DNA of 38,193 nt. Origin: an uncultured Clostridia bacterium. Its GTDB lineage: Bacteria > Bacillota > Clostridia > Christensenellales > CAG-917. Under the pieces are notes generated by a model that was not told the DNA's origin, searched no databases, and saw only the letters and a program-made list of their open reading frames with translations. The DNA is taken from assembly GCA_947589635.1 (NCBI GenBank), contig CANQCC010000003.1:1-38193 (forward strand), written 5' to 3'. The translations under genes were made by a program, and so were the position numbers. Within the stretch, counting starts at the first letter, position 1. Every line of letters begins with the position of its first letter. Shown here in pieces: positions 9,750 through 17,348 of this stretch.

Positions 9750-11438
9750 TCAGTTCTCCGCGTCGAGGTTGGAATATGTCTTCTTCAGGTTGATAAAGAA
9801 GAACGCCGCCGACAGTCCCAACAGTATGAGGGGGATGATAAGCGCGTATACATAGCTTAGCGTCCTGTTTGTGGCGGCGGCTACGGTGTTGGTAAGTATC
9901 GCGCGCACCGCGTTGAATAAAAGCAGCACGCCTATGATAAGGCACACTCCGAGGCCGATGACTATTATTGCGGACACCGTGGAGTTTGCCTCCTTTATCT
10001 CGCCGTCGTCCGTCTTTGAGAAGTGCGGGTGGTTGAGGTCCAGCCTTGTTGCAAGCGCTATTTGCGCGAGGGACAGCATGACGGCGGAGAAGAATGTCGC
10101 CGTCGCGTTCGCCGGAGACTCCAACCCCGTCGCCGAAAGCGCGATACAGCTTACGGCAATGCTCAATATGGACACCGCCGCGCCGAAAATCATTTTTGCC
10201 GAAAGTATCTGCGCCGGCGAATAGGGCATGGTCTTTTGCATCATTACCATATATCCGTCGCGGCTTATACTTGTGGAGCAGAATGTGTTTGTCAGCGTGC
10301 CGTACAGCAGCACGAGGAATGTGCATATCTCAAAGTCTATGTTGAGTTCGCCAAGCAGCGTACCTATAAGCGCGTTGCTGAGGCTCGCCGAATAATAGAC
10401 CATGATGGGCATGATTATCGCGGTCGTAAAGTACATGTAAGAATATCCCGGCGTGCGCAGCACAAGCGTGAACTCTTTTTTGATAAGGCTTAAAAGGCGC
10501 GGAGTCTTTCTGAAGTGGAACTCGCGGCGCTTTATGTGCGGGACGTAGGGCGCAAAGCCGCTTTGTGTGACGCGGATGAATATCGCGTGTATTATCGCGA
10601 CGCCTATCCCCGCCGAGCCGACAAGTATCGCGGCAAGTATGCCTATACTCTTGCCAAGGTCGCGCCCCAGCATTATATTCGCAAACAGATTGGCGGGATA
10701 ATCGTACGCCGAAAAGCGTATTATCTTGCGCATGACCACCTCGTTGAACAGCGAGGCGAGCTTGCCGGAATTGAGAAGGTTTTGCGCAAACGCAAACACG
10801 TACGAATACAGCACGCAGAACCCCGCCATTATAAGCGTCATCGTGACAAACGACAGCAGGTAGTGCGAATTTATAAACCGCTTGACATAATAGTATGGCA
10901 GCACGATGACGGACGCTATGCCAAGCGGGATTATGGGAAGGATAAGCGCGACGACTATCGTCATCAAGACGTTGTAGGCGTTTATAAGGTTTGTCGTCAC
11001 AAAGAAAGTCAGGTTTACGGGAAGCACAAAGACGAGGGACAGCACAAGCTGCCTGAGATATATCCCCGTCATCTTCGCCGAGAATATCTCAAGCGCGGAA
11101 AACGGCATGGAGATAAGCACGTTTATGTCGCTGTTTTCAAACAGCGTGTAACAAAGACGGTTGACTCCGCTGAGCACGCATATGACAAACAGCACAAAAT
11201 ACGCCATGGACATCAGCTCGAATTGTCTTGAGGCGATGTCTGGCACGCGGTTTATCTTTATCGCCGTGTATGTGGATGTGAAACGTGAAAAAATAAGCAC
11301 GAACGCCGCGATTATCCCCGCGACAAGCGCTGCCATAAGCGCCGCCGACACAAAAGAAGTCGCGCGGAATTTGCCCTTGCTGCGCGAAGGCAACATATCC
11401 GACAGCTGTTTTTTGAGTAGCAGCGCGTAATGCGTCAT
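9750..11438 (-). CDS. ABC-2-type exporter permease with two homologous halves (~562 aa)
   Basis: More than 12 hydrophobic helices; duplicated motif LISMPFSALEIFSAK / QKTMPYSPAQILSAK; start reassigned to ATG 11438, which overlaps the ATPase stop (ATGA). Confidence 0.85.
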   Translation of the reverse strand: MTHYALLLKKQLSDMLPSRSKGKFRATSFVSAALMAALVAGIIAAFVLIFSRFTSTYTAIKINRVPDIASRQFELMSMAYFVLFVICVLSGVNRLCYTLFENSDINVLISMPFSALEIFSAKMTGIYLRQLVLSLVFVLPVNLTFFVTTNLINAYNVLMTIVVALILPIIPLGIASVIVLPYYYVKRFINSHYLLSFVTMTLIMAGFCVLYSYVFAFAQNLLNSGKLASLFNEVVMRKIIRFSAYDYPANLFANIMLGRDLGKSIGILAAILVGSAGIGVAIIHAIFIRVTQSGFAPYVPHIKRREFHFRKTPRLLSLIKKEFTLVLRTPGYSYMYFTTAIIMPIMVYYSASLSNALIGTLLGELNIDFEICTFLVLLYGTLTNTFCSTSISRDGYMVMMQKTMPYSPAQILSAKMIFGAAVSILSIAVSCIALSATGLESPANATATFFSAVMLSLAQIALATRLDLNHPHFSKTDDGEIKEANSTVSAIIVIGLGVCLIIGVLLLFNAVRAILTNTVAAATNRTLSYVYALIIPLILLGLSAAFFFINLKKTYSNLDAEN

Positions 11439-12313
11439 TTCTCTTCGTCCTCGCTTTGCGCGTTTTGTATGGCGCCGTCCTCTATAGTATCCGCGCAAGG
11501 CTCCGCCGCGAGGGGCTCCTCATGCGACGCCTTTTCCTCCTCCGCCGCGCCTTCGAAGTCTGATCTTGTGCGGGACAGGAAATATGTCTCAAGGTCGACG
11601 CCTTCGTGCTCCTTGGCGAAGTCGGCAAACTCAAAATCGTCCGTCTTTACGCCGTGGTTTATAATGACCGCGCGCTTGCACAGCTTTTGCACGGAGACTA
11701 TGTTGTGCGAGGAAAACAAAATGCAATTGCCCTTGCTTGCGTAATCAAGCATAAAGTCGCTGACTCGGGCGCTTGTGACGGGGTCGAGGCCTATCATAGG
11801 CTCGTCCATTATCCAAAGTTTGGGGTGATGTATAAGGCTGCCCATCATGCAGACCTTCTGCCTCATGCCGTGCGAGTAGTTGCTTATCGGGTCGTTAAGC
11901 CTGTCGCCAAGGCAAAACACGTCGTCCAGCTCCGCAAGGCGGGACTTTCTGTCCGCCGCGCTCACGCCGTAAGCGTCCGCCATAAAGGTTACGTATTGAA
12001 TGCCCGTCATCTTTACAAACACGTCGTGCTTGTCGCTGACAAAACCGAAAGTGTATTTTGCTTTGACGGGGTTTTGTTTGATGTCGAAGCCGTTTATCTT
12101 TATGCTGCCCTTTTCAAACGGAAGCATGCCGGTAAGGCACTTCAGCGTCGTGGACTTGCCCGCGCCGTTGTGGCCGAGCAGACCTACGATCTCGCCGGGG
12201 TAGCAGGTCAGACTTAGGTCGTTTACGGCGGGCGACGCGGCGCGCGGATAGTGCTTGACAAGACGCTCGATCTCTATGGACGGAGTGATGATGTTGGCGG
12301 GTGAATTTTCCAA
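11435..12313 (-). CDS. ABC transporter ATP-binding protein (EcsA/ABC-2-like)
   Basis: Walker A GHNGAGKS, signature YSHGMRQK, Walker B WIMDEP, H-loop FSSH; TTG start with AAGGAG SD. Confidence 0.93.
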   Translation of the reverse strand: MENSPANIITPSIEIERLVKHYPRAASPAVNDLSLTCYPGEIVGLLGHNGAGKSTTLKCLTGMLPFEKGSIKINGFDIKQNPVKAKYTFGFVSDKHDVFVKMTGIQYVTFMADAYGVSAADRKSRLAELDDVFCLGDRLNDPISNYSHGMRQKVCMMGSLIHHPKLWIMDEPMIGLDPVTSARVSDFMLDYASKGNCILFSSHNIVSVQKLCKRAVIINHGVKTDDFEFADFAKEHEGVDLETYFLSRTRSDFEGAAEEEKASHEEPLAAEPCADTIEDGAIQNAQSEDEEK

Positions 12314-12411
12314 TAGCTCTCCTTGTTGACGGCTGCGTGCAGGCCGATACCGATAGTATTGCGCAAAATATATACTTATATAAATAACGTTACATAAACG
12401 CGCGTATCACT

Positions 12412-12441
12412 ATAATATCAAATTAACCGCAAAGTGTACAA
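12412..12441 (-). promoter_or_regulatory. Candidate sigma-A promoter of the ABC/surface-protein operon
   Basis: Minus strand TTGTAC-18-TATTAT with extended -10 TG (TGaTATTAT). Confidence 0.45.
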
Positions 12442-12562
12442 TCTTTTTATCTTAAACTTTCCTTATATTTGGCAATTTTCGGGCGGTTTTTCCAAAAACG
12501 GCGCGCGGGGCGGGCGAAAAATCGCTTGCTTTTTTCAAGTTCCGACGTCGTTCGACAGAGAT

Positions 12563-12680
12563 TTTTTATCGCGCAAGGTTAAATCCCTATACAAATTTTT
12601 TCATCGTCTCGCAAAGCGCAATTTTCTATGCAAAAAATTTTCACTGTCCCGCAAGGCTTAAATTCTTACGCAATGATTTT
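12563..12680. repeat. Three degenerate ~38-40 bp tandem units
   Basis: GCAA(G/A)G cores at 12573, 12611, 12651; units 12601-12640 and 12641-12680 match at 27/40 positions without gaps. Confidence 0.6.
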
Positions 12681-12742
12681 AACTGCCAAGGAAGGAGTGA
12701 GGGGCAGGGCGGCGCAAAAATGCACAAATCTTGTTTGCGCGC

Positions 12743-12771
12743 TTGAAAAAATGTCTGAGCGGCGTTATCAT
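12743..12771 (+). promoter_or_regulatory. Sigma-A promoter of pdxK (leaderless arrangement)
   Basis: TTGAAA-17-TATCAT, then 6 nt to ATG 12778; no SD. Confidence 0.65.
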
Positions 12772-12777
12772 ATGCAT

Positions 12778-13590
12778 ATGAAAAAAATTCTCGTCATCCA
12801 GGATATGTGTTGCGTGGGGCAGTGCTCGCTGTCCGTATCCCTTCCCGTGCTGTCGGCGTGCGGCGTCGAGGTCTGCGCTCTTCCCGCGCAGCTTTTGTCC
12901 ACGCATTCGGTAGGGTTCAAGGACTACGCGCGCGTCTCCCTCGCCGAGACGGGTGAGGAGATAATATCTCATCTTAAGAAGAGCGGCATAACCTTTGACG
13001 GGATGTTGACGGGCTATCTTGGCGGGATAAAAGAGCTTCGCCTCGCCTTACATGCCGCGCGAACTCTGCTCCACGAGGGCGCCCCGCGCATAGTGGACCC
13101 GTCCATGGGGGACTTCGGCGGGCTGTATCCCGACCTTAGCGGGGAGTTTGTCGCCGAAACGCGCTCGTTTGCAAGCGGAGCCGACGTCATTTTGCCAAAC
13201 TATACCGAGGCTTGCCTGCTTGCGCGCGAGGAATATGTCCCCCGCGACAGACACGGCATGGAAAACCTGATAAAAGAGGTCGCGGAAGCGTGCGACGCGC
13301 GGGCGGCGATCATGACCGGCATAGAACTTGAAGGTAAGATAGGGCTGTGCGCCTACGACAGAAAGGGGAAGATAAAATTTAAGCTGCACGAAAAGGCGGA
13401 CAGAGTCTGCCACGGCGCGGGCGACGTCTTTGCAAGCGCATTCACAGGCGTCTACCTCAAGGGGAAAAGCGTCTTCGAGGCGGCCGAGATCGCGGAAAAC
13501 TTCACGCTTTCGGCGATAAAAGCCACGGATAAGGACCATCTTTACGGCTTGCAATTTGAAAAATGCCTCTCCTCTCTTTCCTCGCTGTGA
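12778..13590 (+). CDS. pdxK: Pyridoxal/pyridoxamine kinase (ribokinase superfamily)
   Basis: KKILVIQD..CVGQCS, LLSTH, TGYLG, VDPSMGD.G.LY, LPNYTEA, HGAGDVFAS anion-hole motif; start moved from 12628 to 12778. Confidence 0.88.
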   Translation: MKKILVIQDMCCVGQCSLSVSLPVLSACGVEVCALPAQLLSTHSVGFKDYARVSLAETGEEIISHLKKSGITFDGMLTGYLGGIKELRLALHAARTLLHEGAPRIVDPSMGDFGGLYPDLSGEFVAETRSFASGADVILPNYTEACLLAREEYVPRDRHGMENLIKEVAEACDARAAIMTGIELEGKIGLCAYDRKGKIKFKLHEKADRVCHGAGDVFASAFTGVYLKGKSVFEAAEIAENFTLSAIKATDKDHLYGLQFEKCLSSLSSL

Positions 13591-13616
13591 CGAGGCTTAA
13601 GAGCAACGCAAAACCT

Positions 13617-13643
13617 AAAAAGCGTCCTTTCGGGGCGCTTTTT
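13617..13643. terminator. Bidirectional intrinsic terminator
   Basis: AAAAAGCGTCC-tttcg-GGGCGCTTTTT between convergent pdxK and the Nudix gene. Confidence 0.8.
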
Positions 13644-13807
13644 ATAACTTCGTCGCAAGGCGAAATTTTGCTTTGCATATGCCGGATATTGCTTTTGTAT
13701 ATACTTTCCGTGAGTCAGATAAATCGTGCCCAAGGCGAACGTTTTTGAATATAACTTCGCCGCAATGCAATGGAGTCGGCGGATTTGCGGGAGATGATTT
13801 GAACAAA

Positions 13808-14314
13808 TTACTCAAGGTCGAGGACGTATCGCAGGGTGGGGACAAACTCGCCCGAGGCAAACATCGCCTCTATGTCGGAGCGCGTCGCCCATTTTGTGCT
13901 GTCCACCTCGTCCGTCGTGGCGTCGGCGAGGTCCGCGTCGCAGACTATGACAAATTGCCAGACTTCCAGGATGTCGCGAAACACTCGTCCATCCTCGACG
14001 TCGCGCACTTTTTTGAAGAGGAGCTTGCCCTCTTTCGCGTCAAGTCTGACTCCGACCTCTTCAAAGACTTCCCGCACCGCGCCTTCAAGCCCCGTCTCTC
14101 CCTTTAGGACGGAACCGCCGGGGCACTCCCACATCAGCGGAAATTTGGGGCGGGAGGGGGCGCGCCGGGATATGAGATATCTGCCGTCCTTGTCCCTCAG
14201 CCAGATATGCACGGCAAGATGATATTCGCCCTCTTTAAGCTGTCGTCCTCCGTCGCGCACGAAGTCGGTGCTCACCTTATTGCCGTTCTTGTCGTAAATG
14301 TCCCAAAGCTCCAT
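13808..14314 (-). CDS. Nudix hydrolase (IDI/YfcD-like subgroup)
   Basis: Nudix box GGSVLKGETGLEGAVREVFEEVG; MELWDIYD..G and YHLAVH..RR..K..P.MW motifs; ATG 14314 preferred over TTG 14323. Confidence 0.88.
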   Translation of the reverse strand: MELWDIYDKNGNKVSTDFVRDGGRQLKEGEYHLAVHIWLRDKDGRYLISRRAPSRPKFPLMWECPGGSVLKGETGLEGAVREVFEEVGVRLDAKEGKLLFKKVRDVEDGRVFRDILEVWQFVIVCDADLADATTDEVDSTKWATRSDIEAMFASGEFVPTLRYVLDLE

Positions 14315-14405
14315 TTTATCCAAACAATGCCTTTAAGCGTTCAAAACGCGGGAATAAACGCCGCGTTTTGCATAAAATGTCGGCTTTGCAGCCGTATTTG
14401 GTTTT

Positions 14406-14855
14406 TCAGTTTTTGCCTGTCGAGCCAAAGCCTCCCGCGCCGCGCGAGGTGTCGTCAAGCCGCTCCGCAACTTCAAAAGAGGCCGCAAAGTAAGGCGTGA
14501 AAACTATCTGCGCCACGCGCTCCCCGTCCTCTATCGTCACTGGGGAGGAGGAGTGATTGTGCAGCGCCACGGTGATCTCGCCGCGGTAGTCGCTGTCCAC
14601 CACGCCCACCTTGTTTGCGGGTGCAAGTCCACGCTTGCAGGCAAGTCCGCTTCTTGCGTACACAAGCCCCACAAGCCCTTCGGGGATCTCAAACGCGAGC
14701 CCCGTATATACAAACGCCGTCTCGCCCGCCGGTATCGTAAGCGGATGTCCGCCCAGGCACGCGCGAAGATCCGCCCCCGCGGAGCAACTTGTGCCGTAGG
14801 AGGGAAGAGAGGCGCCCTCGCGCAATATCTTTACTTTGACTTTAATGTTTTCCAT
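14406..14855 (-). CDS. dut: dUTP diphosphatase (trimeric dUTPase)
   Basis: All five motifs: AGADL, ARSGLA, GVVDSDYRGE, GERVAQ, RGAGGFGSTG; start at ATG 14855 (MENIKVK). Confidence 0.95.
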   Translation of the reverse strand: MENIKVKVKILREGASLPSYGTSCSAGADLRACLGGHPLTIPAGETAFVYTGLAFEIPEGLVGLVYARSGLACKRGLAPANKVGVVDSDYRGEITVALHNHSSSPVTIEDGERVAQIVFTPYFAASFEVAERLDDTSRGAGGFGSTGKN

Positions 14856-14862
14856 ACCTGAA

Positions 14863-14891
14863 ATTATACACCGCGGGACAAAAAAACACAA
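14863..14891 (-). promoter_or_regulatory. Sigma-A promoter of dut (leaderless or near-leaderless)
   Basis: Minus strand TTGTGT-17-TATAAT, then 7 nt to ATG; no SD. Confidence 0.6.
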
Positions 14892-14990
14892 TAAAATTTT
14901 ATATGCAATGCGTATGCAAAACCGCGGGCGTTCAAGCCTCGTCGGCGGCAAGCAGAAAGCGGATATTTTAAGCGGTGGGCGAAGCAAAAG

Positions 14991-15028
14991 CATGCATAAT
15001 TATGCATAATCGTGCATAATTATGCAAA
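14991..15028. promoter_or_regulatory. Two tandem palindromes resembling ArgR/AhrC ARG boxes
   Basis: Perfect palindrome TGCATAATTATGCA at 14993-15006 and 15013-15026 (20-bp period); fits the TGNATWWWWATNCA ARG-box core. Confidence 0.55.
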
Positions 15029-15036
15029 ATCGAAAG

Positions 15037-15051
15037 AATTTTCAAAAAATT
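15037..15051. promoter_or_regulatory. CodY-like box
   Basis: AATTTTCAAAAAATT, 14/15 match to AATTTTCWGAAAATT. Confidence 0.5.
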
Positions 15052-15076
15052 TACGCAAATTTATGCAAAAATCTGT

Positions 15077-15105
15077 TTGACATGGCGCGCCGCAAGTGCT
15101 ATACT
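15077..15105 (+). promoter_or_regulatory. Near-consensus sigma-A promoter of glutamine synthetase
   Basis: TTGACA-17-TATACT with extended -10 TG (TGcTATACT). Confidence 0.85.
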
Positions 15106-15117
15106 TCGCGGGTAAGT

Positions 15118-15154
15118 AGGTGTTGCTTTATGTTTTGGCAACGCCTTATTTTTT
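15118..15154 (+). promoter_or_regulatory. Terminator-like hairpin in the 5' leader (possible attenuator)
   Basis: AGGTGTTGCT...GGCAACGCCT stem followed by TATTTTTT, immediately before SD AGGGAGG. Confidence 0.55.
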
Positions 15155-15166
15155 AGGGAGGCAGAT

Positions 15167-17251
<2,085 letters not shown>

Positions 17252-17297
17252 AATCGTCGTATTTTTGCAAAACAAACGCTTTAAGCATACAAAACGT

Positions 17298-17335
17298 AAA
17301 AATAAAACGGCTTTTTTGAAAGCCGCTTTATTTTT
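17298..17335. terminator. Bidirectional intrinsic terminator
   Basis: AAAAATAAAACGGCTTT..AAAGCCGCTTTATTTTT between convergent glnA and copA. Confidence 0.75.
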
Positions 17336-17348
17336 CATGCCTTTAAGT

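Noticed and set aside
14342-14370. Perfect 10-bp hairpin CAAAACGCGG/CCGCGTTTTG between dut and the Nudix gene
   Set aside because: Consistent with an ordinary weak terminator or stabiliser; no further signal.
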